A stretch of DNA of 64,000 nt from Octopus sinensis (taxonomy: Eukaryota), in contig NC_043018.1 of assembly GCF_006345805.1 (NCBI RefSeq), positions 15,686,001 to 15,750,000 on the forward strand. Direction: 5' to 3'. The notes beneath the pieces were generated by a model. It did no database searches, was not told the DNA's origin, and worked only from the letters and a program-made list of their open reading frames with translations. Numbering within the stretch: position 1 is the stretch's first letter; every line of letters starts with the position of its first letter. Both the position numbers and the translations under genes were made by a program. Below, piece after piece: positions 51,901 through 63,795 of this stretch.

Positions 51901-53437
51901 CAAACAGGTAGAACACATTGCAGCGTCTCATCGCCTGAAAGAGGAAGTTGTTCTTCAAATACAAAATATAACATTGATTAGAATAATCTTGTCTTCTTCT
52001 TGTCTTGAGACAGCATCCACAAAGGGGTGGGTTGAGCTGGCTTCATTCATCCTCAATGCTGCATCTCTCACAAATGCCGACCAGACCTGGCGATTTGAGG
52101 CTAACGACCACGTGATCTCCAACCACTCCTTATTCCAGCGGTAGATGCCATAGATATGGGGGCCTAGGTTGGGTTCCAGATCAGCCTTGACTGTCATTAG
52201 CCAGGTTTTTCATTGTCCACCACATCGCTTTTGCCAACCCTGAAGGGAAGCTGGGGCAATTGCTTCGTAGATGAATTCTCCTGGTTGACGACGGAGGGCA
52301 TGACCCAGCCAACGCAGACATCTCGTTAGGATGACTTGTCGGAGGGACTAGCATAATCACATTCAAATTTGTCAGAACATATTAAGAATGCATTTATATA
52401 CATCATTGTTTTGGCTATCACTGTTCTCCGTGTAAGTAGCAATTTATTTTAATATAATTTACTTTAATAAATTAGTTTTTGTAAACTTGCAACAAAGTTC
52501 AGTAACAAACAGTAATTACCTTCAGGGAATTCCTAATGTGTTGACTATTGGGATTTTCTTGAGAACTGCTGTCAAGATCTCTGCAAAAAAAACCAAAGAA
52601 ACCAGGCTAGAATTGGTTTTACAGTAGAGTTACAAATGAACCGCGAATGAACAGCTCTTATCAAACTGATCTCTTACCTGTAATTAATTTAATCTAGGCA
52701 CAGGAGTGGCTGTGTGGTAAGTAGCTTGTTTACCAACCACATGGTTCCAGGTTCAGTCCCACTGCGTGGCACCTTGGGCAAGTGTCTTCTACTATAGCCT
52801 CGGGCCAACCAAAGCCTTGTGAGTGGATTTGGTAGACGGAAACTGAAAGAAGCCCATCGTATATATGTATATATATATATGTATGTGCGTGTATGTTTGT
52901 GTGTCTGTGTTTGTTTCCCTAGCATTGCTTGACAACCGATGCTGGTGTGTTTACGTCCCCGTCACTTAGCGGTTCGGCAAAAGAGACCGATAGAATAAGT
53001 ACTGGGCTTACAAAGAATAAGTCCCGGGGTCGATTTGCTCGACTAAAGGCGGTGCTCCAGCATGGCCGCAGTCAAATGACTGATACAAGTAAAAAGAGAA
53101 AAAGAAAGAGAAAGATGTTGATGGTGGTGTTGATGTGGCTTACCAGATTTCAGTTAGTTTGAACACTAAAGAGTTAAGCAACTTACCTGTAAATCCTTGA
53201 CAGTTCCACCTCAAGGTAACTAATTTCCTCAAACAGGTGTTTTTTCTCCGTCCATACTTTCAATTCATGCCTGAGTTCAGGAATAACGAGAAAGGTTCTC
53301 CATCCTCTTTCTTTCTTAGACTTGAGAATGTCTCCGTAGATGTGATCACCGATGTATAATACATCTTTACCTGTGGCACCGATCATCTGTGATAAACCTG
53401 AACAGGACCCTGGGGGGACAAGAAGTAGGAAATATTG

Positions 53438-53469
<32 letters not shown>

Positions 53470-53907
53470 CTGCCATCATTTCATCATCATCATCATCATC
53501 ATCATCTCTACCACCACCACCATTTTATCATTACCATCATCAGGCCCACCACCACCGCCACCACCATTTCATCATCATCCCCACCATTTTTTAATCATCA
53601 TTATCTTCATCACCACCACCACCACCACACTAGTGCAGCCATCGCCACCACTGCCACCACCACCACCACCACCACCACCACACCATTTCATCATTGTTGA
53701 CATCCCCACCACTGCCATTATTTCATCATCATCATCACCATCTCTACCACCACCATTTTATCATTATCTTCATAATCACCACCACCACCACCACCACCAT
53801 CATTTCATCGTCATCATCATCATCATCATCACCATCTCTACCACCACCATTTTATCACTATCTTCATAATCACCACCACCACCACTACCACCACCATCAT
53901 TTCATCG

Positions 53908-53956
<49 letters not shown>

Positions 53957-55543
53957 GCTATGGCCAGACATGTTTTCACGGAAGACTGGGAAGGAAGAAC
54001 ACTGCTTGACTGACAATGGCACTCAATAAAAATCACTAATTTACAAAGTTTGAAGAATATTCTATTTGGTATCAGACATTTAAAGCATTAAATTTAAACA
54101 TGCAAAATGGCAAGAAGCCCACTGCAGCAGCATCAAAGAGGTTCCTTCTTAGCATCACCTTGTCTTCCATCTTGATGATTATAAAGTTTAAGATCATTCC
54201 AACTGAAATCTTAGCAAATTAATTAAGGATCTTCTTGACTTACCTCCAGAATATATCTGCCCCTTCTTCATAGGGCCTACGTGACATCCGATACTTAGTG
54301 ATTCTGTCACCTGTTCAATAAATAATAATTAAAATCATTCACAAGTTTCAAGAAAAGTTGGGGTTTTTGTTTTTGCTTTTTTTTTTGGGGTGTTTTCCTT
54401 CTAATTAATTTCGATTGCTTTAACTCTTAGTTCATTATTCCCTGTTATATATTTTAAACACACCATTTGGATTTTGGACACTTCTGAAGAATTCACTCTG
54501 CTGCAAGCATTCAGACCAAATCTACAGAAGGTGAGTTTCACCCTTCTTCCCACCAGTTTTAGAGGCCTTGAAGAAGGCTACGGGTTGGACCAATTTTACT
54601 TGAATGAAGTATAAATAAATCATATCTTCTATGTTACCTTTCCATCCTTATATCTGTTACATTACCCCTAATCCACCAAATAATAGCTGTTTTGTTACAG
54701 TATAAATTCTTCATGTCACATCTACTTAAAAAACGATAAACATTGCCCTTTTCAAACCTAGCCAGGCCCTTGGGCCCGGTTTCCCGGTTTCTGTGGCGTA
54801 TGTGTTCCCCCCCCAGCTGGACGAGATGCCAGTCCATCGCAGCGTTACTCAAGAAACAGGAAGAGAGAGTGAGAGAAAGTTGTGGCGAAAGAGTACAACA
54901 GGGGTCACCACCAGCCCCTGCTGGAGCCTCGTGGAGCTTTTAGGTGTTTTCGCTCAATAAACACACACAACGCCCAGTCTGGGAATCGAAACCGCGATCC
55001 TCCAACCGCGAGTCCGCTGCCCTAACCACTGGGTCATTGCGCCTCCACCACATCTACTTAGTTACATCTATATCTTCCAAGTCACACCTACTTAGCTGCC
55101 CTTATATCTTTCATGTCACACCTATGTCACACACACCTCTTTTAAGTTAAATTCCTTTCTTCAGTTAACCTCACCTAGTTTCATATGTTTACTCGACTTC
55201 TACCCCTGCTATGTTACACATGGCACAACTGAGTTACACCTTGTGTATCACACATATTTCTTTCATTGTTACAATGACTCATAATTCCATTGATTTCATT
55301 ACCTGGTCAACTTGGCGTAGAAGGGTACCGTCTTTGAAGAACCCTGGCTTTTTGGCATCCACAACAACATAGTCAAAATATTCTGTCCATTTCTTGACAG
55401 GTTTCTTTGTCTGAAATTTAAAAAATGAAAAAAAAAAGATAAAACAATGGAAATAAACAAAGAAACATGTAGGAAATTCTAATAAATGATCCATGTGAAT
55501 TTCAATACATGATCAACATAAATGTATGTATATATATATATAT

Positions 55544-55585
<42 letters not shown>

Positions 55586-58500
55586 CTCTTTTACTCTTTT
55601 ACTTGTTTCAGTCATTTGACTGTGGCCATGCTGGAGCACCGCCTTTAGTCGAGCAAATCGACCCCGGGACTTATTCTTTGTAAGCCCAGTACTTATTCTA
55701 TCGGCTCTTTTGCCGAACCGCTAAGTGACGGGGACGTAAAACATCAGCATCGGTTGTCAAGCAATGCTAGGGGGACAAACACAGACACACAAACACACAC
55801 ATGCATATATATATATATAATATATATATATATACGACAGGATTCTTTCAGTTTCCGTCTAGCAAATCCACTCACAAGGCATTGGTCGGCCCGGGGCTAT
55901 AGCAGAAGACACTTGCCCAAGATGCTACGCAGTGGGACTGAACCCAGTACCATGTGGTTGGTTAGCAAGCTACTTACCACACAGCCACTCCTGCGCCTAT
56001 ATATATATATATATGTACAAAGTTTCATTAAAAGATACCCATTTTCCTAAAAGTTATGAGGGAAAAAAGTCAGATCATGTGAATTTTTCCAAACTCCTCT
56101 CTCTAGTCCCTCAGAAAAATTCTTTCCCATAAATCCCTATATACTTTGAAGCCACAATATCTGAGCGGTATTTGTAAAAACGTTTCTTCAAAGATATCCA
56201 TTTTTCTGGATGTTATGAGGCAACGTATACATCTATAGTTATGCCTGTTTATTTATATGATTTATTTCATTTCATCTTTATTTCATTCATTGTTTGTAAT
56301 GTTCTCTCTCTCACACACACACACCACACATTGCAAAGCTTATAGATGGGCTGCTGAACTGGAATTTCTATGTTGCTTTGAGGGGAAGGTAGAACTTGAC
56401 AAATTGCTTCCCCTTCTATAGCTGGACTACCTTGACGTTTGTTTTAAAAAGGGGAGATTATGACCATGCTAAAACAAAGAAAGCAATACTTACTAAGCAA
56501 GTGAATACCATTATACAAAGAAATAATTAGACGTAAAATATCATAACAATTATTAGAATTGGGAATCAAATGTGAAAACATTATCAAGTGGCTAGCAGAA
56601 ATCTGCTAGTTATAGTAATAAAGTAACAGACAAAGAAAAAACAGTAACTTACCTCATTTACTGGTTCCAGTAAATATTTCATAATTTTCTGAAAAAGAAA
56701 AAAAGAAAAAAATATTGATTTTGAGAATGAGGAGACACATGCACACACATCTTTGCCTTTATTTATAGAGAGATTTCAACAATGGGAAATATATATATAT
56801 ATCACCGTGACTGACCAGGCTCTCAGATGTTGCTACACATCGCTGGTCACAATGCGCTTCGCATTGTTTTAGCCTTCAAATGATGCCACCCCGCTGGCTA
56901 AGCGAGCAGGCCAACAGAAGAAAGAGTGAGAGAAAGTTGTGGTGAAAGAGTACAGCAGGGATCACCACCATCCCCTGCCGGAGCCTCGTGGAGCTTTAGG
57001 TGTTTTCGCTCAATAAACACTCACAACGCACGGTCTGGGAATCGAAACCGCGATCCTACGACCACGAGTCCGCTGCCCTAACCACTGGGCCATTGCACCT
57101 CCACACACACACACATATATATTATATATATACACAGATATATATATATATATAGAATAAGCATATAGAAATAAATTATCCAGATGAGTATCATAAGAGC
57201 TCTCTGGTATATTCCAAGTTCTGGCTAACCTCATCAAGTAGTAAAAAGCATCAGGAATCATAATTGTCATGGATACACACACACACATACACATAAGTGA
57301 ATATATATAATATATATACATATACACAGGCACATATAAGCTCATACATGCACATATATACACACACAAGCAGATATTCAGAACAGTTAGGTATAGACTT
57401 GGGAATTTACATAAGTGAAAAACGAATGTAACATGTCAAAGATGTACTCTAAGGAATGTTTATGCATTTGGCACTTAAATTGTTTATGCTGTGTGAGATA
57501 ATCTCTCTATATATAAACAGCAAAATGTCTGTGTGTGTGTCCTTTATACAAATCCACAATTTTTCAGTTAGAGGGCTCGCACTTTCTATGGTCATTCAAA
57601 ACCATCCAAGGGTGGTCGTGCCCATCTTTACATTTCCCCAGTCACCCCGCAAAGCCATTAAAAAATCAATAGAAGTGACTTTTTCTTGTGAATTTTCTAT
57701 CCCAAACCCAATCAAAATGCCTGAAACTTGATATGCCAATTGAATGCCAGCTAGCTGTATGGGATTGGTCAGAGATTTGGACAGTACTTACGTGTATGTG
57801 CGCACACATGCAGATGTATATGCATGAACTAGCACTATGACCCGGTGTTGCCGGGTCATGGTGCTAGTATATTATAAATATATAATAAACACTGGGTGAG
57901 ATGCCCCTCCCCAGTGCACAGAGTAATGTCAAATGCAGGATTGACATGGAAGGGAAGGTGAAGCACTTACGTCTGTGTATGAAAAGTTACTGTTGGTGAT
58001 GAGCAAGTTTTGGGCACCGTATTCTTGAATCCTGTCAAAATAGAAACACAAACTTAGGAAATACGTTTGAATCAGGCATCATTTTAGTAACATACACATT
58101 CACTGCTACTACTGTAAATTCTACATCTACCCAGGGTGTCTCAGAAAGGTTTACCCATTGATATTTCTTAATTGTTAAAAATAAATTTAAGTTAGGGTAA
58201 TGAAATTTGGCACACACATTCTAATGTAAATTGTCAATCCATTGCAGTAATTACATTTCAAAATGACCACCGTTCGCCTTGGTCATAGCCTGCAAACGAG
58301 TGGTCAATGAGTTGTATCAGTGCCGTACCACCTCTTCCTCCAACTTGAGCCATGAAGACAGAAGGGCTTTCTTCAGATCTGACACATTTGAATTGGGGGA
58401 GCGAGCAGAAACATTACTCTCTAAGACTGACTAGATAACAAAGTCCATAAGATTGATGTCTGGACTTGAGGGAGACCATATAATCTCATCCCCAAAACAG

Positions 58501-59124
58501 CTGAAATGCTCTTTTCACCACCTCTGTCAAATTGGATGTGTGGGCCAAAGCCCTGTCTTGAGTCTAGATGTAACAGTTACCAAAGGTTTCTGTGACCCAG
58601 GGTAACACTTTCTCATCCAACATTTCCACATAAACTTCACTGTTGACCTTGATACCAGCGTCGATAAAGATCAAGGAAGACTTGGACCCATCAAATTCAA
58701 CTGTGGCCCATACAATGAGTGAAGCTGGCTTCTGATGGCATAAATGACACCCTCTACCTTCAGGCAAAACCAGAGATTAAAAAAAAATGTTATGAATACC
58801 AAATGGCACATACCGCTCAAGTAGGACAGGTAACCTGTCATTGCGCTCAATGTATTTTTCTATATCTTTGACAGTTTCATCCTTTACATTACTCTGTGGG
58901 AAAAAAAAAACATGAAATATATTTACAACTTAATCCTTTAGCATTTAAATAGGCGCAGGAGTGGCTGTGTGGTAAGTAGCTTGCTTACCAACCACATGAT
59001 TCCGGGTTCAGTCCCACTGCATGGCACCTTGGGCAAGTGTCTTCTACTATAGCCTCGGGCCAACTAAAGCCTCGTGAGTGGATTTGGTAGATGGAAACTG
59101 AAAGATCCCCGTCGTATATATGTA

Positions 59125-59184
<60 letters not shown>

Positions 59185-59933
59185 ATGTTTGTGTGTCTGT
59201 GTTTGTCCCCCTACCATTGCTTGACAACCGATGCTGGTGTGTTTAGGTCCCCGTCACTTAGCAGTTCGGCAAAAGAGACCGATAGAATAAGTGCTGGGCT
59301 TACAAAGAATAAGTCCTGAGGTCGAGTTGCTCGATTAAAGTCAGTGCTCCAGCATGGCCGCAGTCAAATGACTGAAACAAGTAGAAGAGTAAAAGAGTAA
59401 AGAGTAAACTGGCCATATCTGACCGAAATATTTTATAGCATCTTTGCAAAGGAAGTACATAATTGGCCTGTTTAAAAGTAACCCTCAATCGTCAGGCAAT
59501 ATGCTGTGCTTAAGAAGACCTATTGAGTCAAGTGAAATCATTGTCATGGCCGATGCCAGCCCCTCCTGATTGGTACCCATGCTGGTGGCACATAGAAAGC
59601 AGCATTCGAGTGTGGCCAATGACAATGCTGGTGGCACATAGAAAGCAGCCATTCAAGCGTGGTCAATGCAAGTGCTGCTTGAGGGGTTCCGGTGCTGGTG
59701 GAATGTAAAAAGCACCATTTCAGCATGGTCAATACCAGTGCTGCCTTGGACGCCATGCCGGTGGCATGTAGTAAAAAGCACCCACAACACTCTTGGAGTG
59801 GTTGGTGTTAGGAAGGGCATCCAGCTGTAGAAACCTTGAAAGATTAGATTAGAGCCTGGTGCAGCCTCCTGGTTTGCCAGTCCCCTGTCAAACTGTCCTA
59901 CCAATGCCAGCATAGAAAGCAGACATTAAATGA

Positions 59934-59967
<34 letters not shown>

Positions 59968-59975
59968 GGTGGTGG

Positions 59976-60009
<34 letters not shown>

Positions 60010-60582
60010 GGTGGTGGTGGTGATGATGATAGTGATGGTGATGATCATGATCATGATGACGATGATGGTGATGATGATGGTGATGATGATGAATGTATGT
60101 ATATATCATAAAAAGAGGACTGCCTCTAATTACCTGAAGATATACCCAGTCAATGGAAGCTCTGACATCTTGGAAGATTGATGTATAAGGTATATATAGA
60201 TATTCAGCTTTCACCCCTGTGTCCGTCCTGTGCAAGAAAAGAGAAACAACAGATTAGTGTACAGAGAGAGAGAGGAACCTGTGTATATGTGCATATGAAT
60301 GTATATGCATATATACCTAAGTATACATGCACAGCTGTACGTGTACATGTGTGCATACTCTCTCTTTTACTCTTTTACTTGTTTCAGTCATTTGACTGTG
60401 ACCATGCTGGAGCACCGCCTTTAGTCGAGCAAATTGACCTCGGGGCTTATTCTTCGTAAGCCTAGTACTTATTCTATTGGTCTCTTTTGCCGAACCGCCA
60501 AGTGGCAGGGACGTAAACACACCTGCATTGGTTGTCAAGCAATGCTAGGGGGACAAACACAGACACACAAACATATACACAC

Positions 60583-60638
<56 letters not shown>

Positions 60639-63497
60639 GACAGGCTTCTTTCAGTTTCCGTCTACCAAATCCACTCACAAGGATTTGGTCGGCCCGAGGC
60701 TATAGCAGAAGACACTTGCCCAAGGTGCCACGCAGTGGGACTGAACCCGGAACCATGTGGTTGGTAAGCAAGCTACTTACCACACACCCACTCCTGCACC
60801 TGCATGTGTATGTGCATATGCATATGACCTAGGGACGTTTACATAAACACTTGTGTAAGTGTGTATGGGTGGTGGGCTGTACGGACACAAAGTTTACATC
60901 GTACCAATTCGTTTTAGGTTCATTCTCAATGTGTGGCACATAGAGAGTCATAGCTGAACTAATTTAGGGAGAGAGTCAGTCAGGATGAGATGCAGTTTGG
61001 TTTTGTGCCAGGCAGAAGCACCACTGATGCTATATTTCTGGTAAGGCAACTGCAGAAGAAATACCCAGCCAAAGATAAACCTCTGTACTTGGCTTCTGTT
61101 GACTCAGAGTCCCCCAATCCCTTATCTGGTGGTCAATGCAGAAACTAGGAATAGACGAATGGTTGGTGAGAGCTGTACAAGCCTTGCACAGGGATGCTAC
61201 CAGTAAGGTGAGGGTGGGCAACAAGTATAGTGAAGAATTCAGGGTACAAGTAGGGGTTCACCAAGGATTGGTGCTCAGCCCTTTCTTGTTCATCATAGTC
61301 CTCCAGGCAATAACAGAGGAATTCAATACAGGCTGCCCCTGCGAGCTCCTCTATGCTGATGACCTTGCTCTTATAGCTGAATCACTACCTGAACTATAGA
61401 AGAGGTTCCAGGTATGGAAGCAAGGTCTAGAATCAAAGGGTGTTAGAGTTACCAAAGTCATAGTAAGTAGGAAGGCAGATAAATTACAAATCCCTTCAGG
61501 TAGATGGCCCTGCTCAGTCTGTAGGAAAGGTGTAGGTAGAAACTCCATAAGATGTATGCAGTGTAAGCTAGGGATAGATAAAAGGTGCAGCAACACCAGA
61601 GGGATGTTAGCAGGGAAACTAACTTTTGTATGTGGAAGTTGCACAGGTACAAAAAATGCTGAAAATAAGGGGAAAATAGACTCCATCAAGTGCTGGGGGT
61701 GACAAGCTAAAAGTAGTAGATAGCTTCTGTCATCTAGGTGACTAAGTTAGTAGTGGAGGTAGATGCTCCAAGAGCGTAGCTGTGAGACAAGATTAGGTTG
61801 AGCAAAGTTCAGAGAGCTCCTACCCTTGCTGGCAACAAAGGGCCTCTCTCTCAGCATGAAAGGCAGATAGTTTGATGCCTGTGTGTGAACAGCTATGTTA
61901 CATGGCAGTAAAACAGCCGAGGACATGCATAGGCTTGAAAGAAATGAAGCCGGTATACTTTGCTGGATGTGCAATGTCAGTGTGCGTGTTCAACAGAGTG
62001 TAGGCATCTTGAGAGAAAAGTTAAGCATAAGTGGTGTGCAAGAGAGATGACTGTGTTGGTATGGTCATGTGATGCATACAAGGACAGCTGTGTAAAGAAG
62101 TGCCGATCTCTAAATGTGGAGGGAACCTGTGGTAGAGGTAGACCCAGGAAGACATGAGACAAGGGGGTGAAGTATGGTCTTCAAGCTTTGAGCTTCACAG
62201 GGGCAATGACTGGTGACCGAGACCTTTGGCGATATGCTGTGCTTGAGAAGACCCATCAAGCCAAGTGCACCTGTGCTGGTGGCACATAAAGAACATCTTT
62301 TGAACGTTGGGCCTCATGGAGGCGAAGTGGCTGAGCTCCTTTCAAGTGCTGGACCTCATGGAGGCGAGGTAGCTGAGTTCCTTTTGAGCGTTCGACCTTA
62401 CAGAGGCAAAGTGGCTGAGTTCCTTTTGAGTATTGGGCCTCACAGAGGCAATGACCAAGACCTTTGGCATTAAATCGTGCTTCAGAAGAAGACCCACCAA
62501 GCTGAGCAAAATTACAGTTATGGCATATACCAGTGTCACACAAATTGGTACTTATGCTGGTGGCATGTAAATGCACTCCGGTGTCACACAAATGGCACCC
62601 ATGCCAGTGGCACATAAAAGCACCCATTACACTCTTGGAGTGGTTGGCATTAGGAAGGGCATCCGGTGGTAAAAAAACCATGCCAAATCAGACTGGAGTC
62701 TGGTGCAGCCATCCAGCGTACCAGCCCAGTCAAATAAATCCAACCCAGCATGGACAACAGATGTTAAATGATGATGATGATTATAAATGTTATAGACACC
62801 AGGATTTTAATCTCAGGCTGTTTCAAATGTGGATATCAATTTAAAACTGTTTACTTACTTTTCATAGTCTTTCCGGTGTGAGAAGTAATCGACGATACAG
62901 GCCAGCATGTAAGTTTCTGGAACAAAATAAACAAACATAGAGTATAAAATTGATTTATTGCTCATCTGCTTGTCAATACATGTTATGGGAATTGAGAGGG
63001 TGAATAAAAGCGGAAAAATACTTAGAAAATAATATCTAAGGTGCAGGAGTGGCTGCATGGTAAGTAGCTTGCTTACCAACCACATGTCCAAGGTGCCATG
63101 CAGTGGGACTGAACCCAGAACCATGTGGTTGGGAAGCAAGCTTCTTACAACACAGTGAACCTTGTTAACAATAAGAATAAAAAATGAAGATTATGTTTTT
63201 ACATAAGTTTATTCCCCATTATGGATGTTTCAAACAGCTAGAGGAATCATTTCATCTCTATACAATGGTTTGTTTGTATAATTAATCAAGCAATTAGTCA
63301 ATTAATCAATGGAACAGGTAACCCTTAATCATTCTCCTCAAGCGTTATAGTTATATGGCAGGCTTTGTTTCAGTCTCTGTTTACCAAATTTCTCTCACAA
63401 AGAATTAGTCCACCAGAACCTTTACTAAAGACATTTGCCTAAAGTCTCATACACTGGGACTGGATCCAAAACCACATAGGTGTAAGGTTAACTTTAC

Positions 63498-63532
<35 letters not shown>

Positions 63533-63795
63533 GGCACCACATTTAAAAGTAAACCATAAAGACTGCACCATAGTTTTTTTTGTCAACGATTACCCCATAG
63601 TATTTTTGTTGTTTTTTTTTCTCTCAGTGATTGTTCACCCACCCCCACACTCCACACACCCATCCATTCCCAGATTGTTCAATAGTATTTCCCAAACAAT
63701 TCTTACCTGGTAAATTAAACAATGTGTTAAGAACGTAGCACCGGTTGTCATTGAGTTGTAAAAATTTGTTGGGATAGAGACGTGCAATTTCATTT
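47073..63795 (-). CDS. NT5C2: Cytosolic purine 5'-nucleotidase (cN-II, HAD family); 5'-partial gene span, 13 coding exons in window
   Basis: Spliced product contains [80 protein letters not shown] and an acidic tail, collinear with recalled human NT5C2. All junction phases match. Confidence 0.95.
48282..48400 (-). CDS. NT5C2: NT5C2 exon ([20 protein letters not shown]...PRML)
   Basis: ttccag / gtcagt, 119 nt. Confidence 0.93.
48766..49175 (+). mobile_element. SINE family A
   Basis: Similarity to family A. Confidence 0.85.
50455..50591. mobile_element. Small TA-flanked MITE (21-bp TIR)
   Basis: ta|catttaaacacataagaggta...tacctcttatgtgtttaaatg|ta. Confidence 0.65.
50844..50901 (-). CDS. NT5C2: NT5C2 exon ([19 protein letters not shown])
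   Basis: ttgcag / gtgagt, 58 nt. Confidence 0.92.
50971..51273 (+). mobile_element. Non-autonomous Helitron
   Basis: 5' TC..TATATAAAAG start, 3' hairpin (cccgagcaacgccggg) followed by CTAG, inserted between A and T, no TSD. Confidence 0.7.
51980..52370 (-). mobile_element. RTE-like LINE 3' fragment
   Basis: Degenerate C-terminal ORF ([15 protein letters not shown]). Confidence 0.55.
52520..52580 (-). CDS. NT5C2: NT5C2 exon ([20 protein letters not shown])
   Basis: ttgcag / gtaatt, 61 nt; matches HLDSSSNERPD. Confidence 0.9.
52697..53097 (+). mobile_element. SINE family A
   Basis: Similarity to family A. Confidence 0.88.
53187..53409 (-). CDS. NT5C2: NT5C2 exon with HAD motif IV (GDHIYGD)
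   Basis: ccccag / gtaagt, 223 nt. Confidence 0.95.
53437..53955. repeat. (CAT/CAC)n compound trinucleotide tract with higher-order duplication
   Basis: Block catctctaccaccaccattttatcattatc recurs 3 times. Confidence 0.92.
54244..54310 (-). CDS. NT5C2: NT5C2 exon ([22 protein letters not shown])
   Basis: gaacag / gtaagt, 67 nt. Confidence 0.9.
54742..55047 (-). mobile_element. SINE family B head and body with tail type 2
   Basis: Head and body match family B; 3' part unrelated. Confidence 0.75.
55303..55410 (-). CDS. NT5C2: NT5C2 exon ([25 protein letters not shown]...LRQVDQ)
   Basis: tttcag / gtaatg, 108 nt; HAD motif III lysine. Confidence 0.93.
55585..55997 (-). mobile_element. SINE family A
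   Basis: Reverse-complement copy. Confidence 0.88.
56653..56688 (-). CDS. NT5C2: NT5C2 36-nt exon ([12 protein letters not shown])
   Basis: tttcag / gtaagt; matches KIMTYL. Confidence 0.85.
56801..57103 (-). mobile_element. SINE family B head and body with tail type 3
   Basis: Head and body match family B; this tail also occurs alone at about 22690-22810. Confidence 0.75.
57502..57867 (+). mobile_element. Non-autonomous Helitron, second family
   Basis: A|TC start, terminal hairpin ending in CTAG|T. Confidence 0.7.
57971..58031 (-). CDS. NT5C2: NT5C2 exon ([20 protein letters not shown])
   Basis: tgacag / gtaagt, 61 nt; HAD motif II TNS. Confidence 0.9.
58132..58775 (-). mobile_element. 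Tc1-mariner (maT-like) transposase 3' fragment
   Basis: [40 protein letters not shown]; ends in caccctg. Confidence 0.7.
58814..58893 (-). CDS. NT5C2: NT5C2 exon ([15 protein letters not shown]...LPVLLER)
   Basis: ccacag / gtatgt, 80 nt. Confidence 0.9.
58952..59406 (+). mobile_element. SINE family A
   Basis: Similarity to family A. Confidence 0.88.
59928..60092. repeat. (GAT/GGT)n trinucleotide tract
   Basis: Direct reading. Confidence 0.92.
60134..60227 (-). CDS. NT5C2: NT5C2 exon (TDTGVK...[14 protein letters not shown])
   Basis: gcacag / gtaatt, 94 nt. Confidence 0.92.
60360..60799 (-). mobile_element. SINE family A
   Basis: Reverse-complement copy. Confidence 0.88.
60920..62780 (+). 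mobile_element. RTE-type LINE: degenerate reverse transcriptase plus modular 3' UTR and (GAT)n tail
   Basis: [35 protein letters not shown], Cys-rich insert, RGRPRKT, ORF end [10 protein letters not shown]; frameshifts and stops. Confidence 0.85.
62859..62916 (-). CDS. NT5C2: NT5C2 exon ([20 protein letters not shown])
   Basis: ttccag / gtaagt, 58 nt. Confidence 0.92.
63707..63795 (-). CDS. NT5C2: NT5C2 exon ([11 protein letters not shown]...NTLFNLP)
   Basis: ttgcag / gtaaga, 89 nt. Confidence 0.92.

Noticed and set aside
53389-54029. Poly-His/Pro/Thr ORFs
   Set aside because: CAT/CAC trinucleotide tract on the strand opposite NT5C2, inside an intron.
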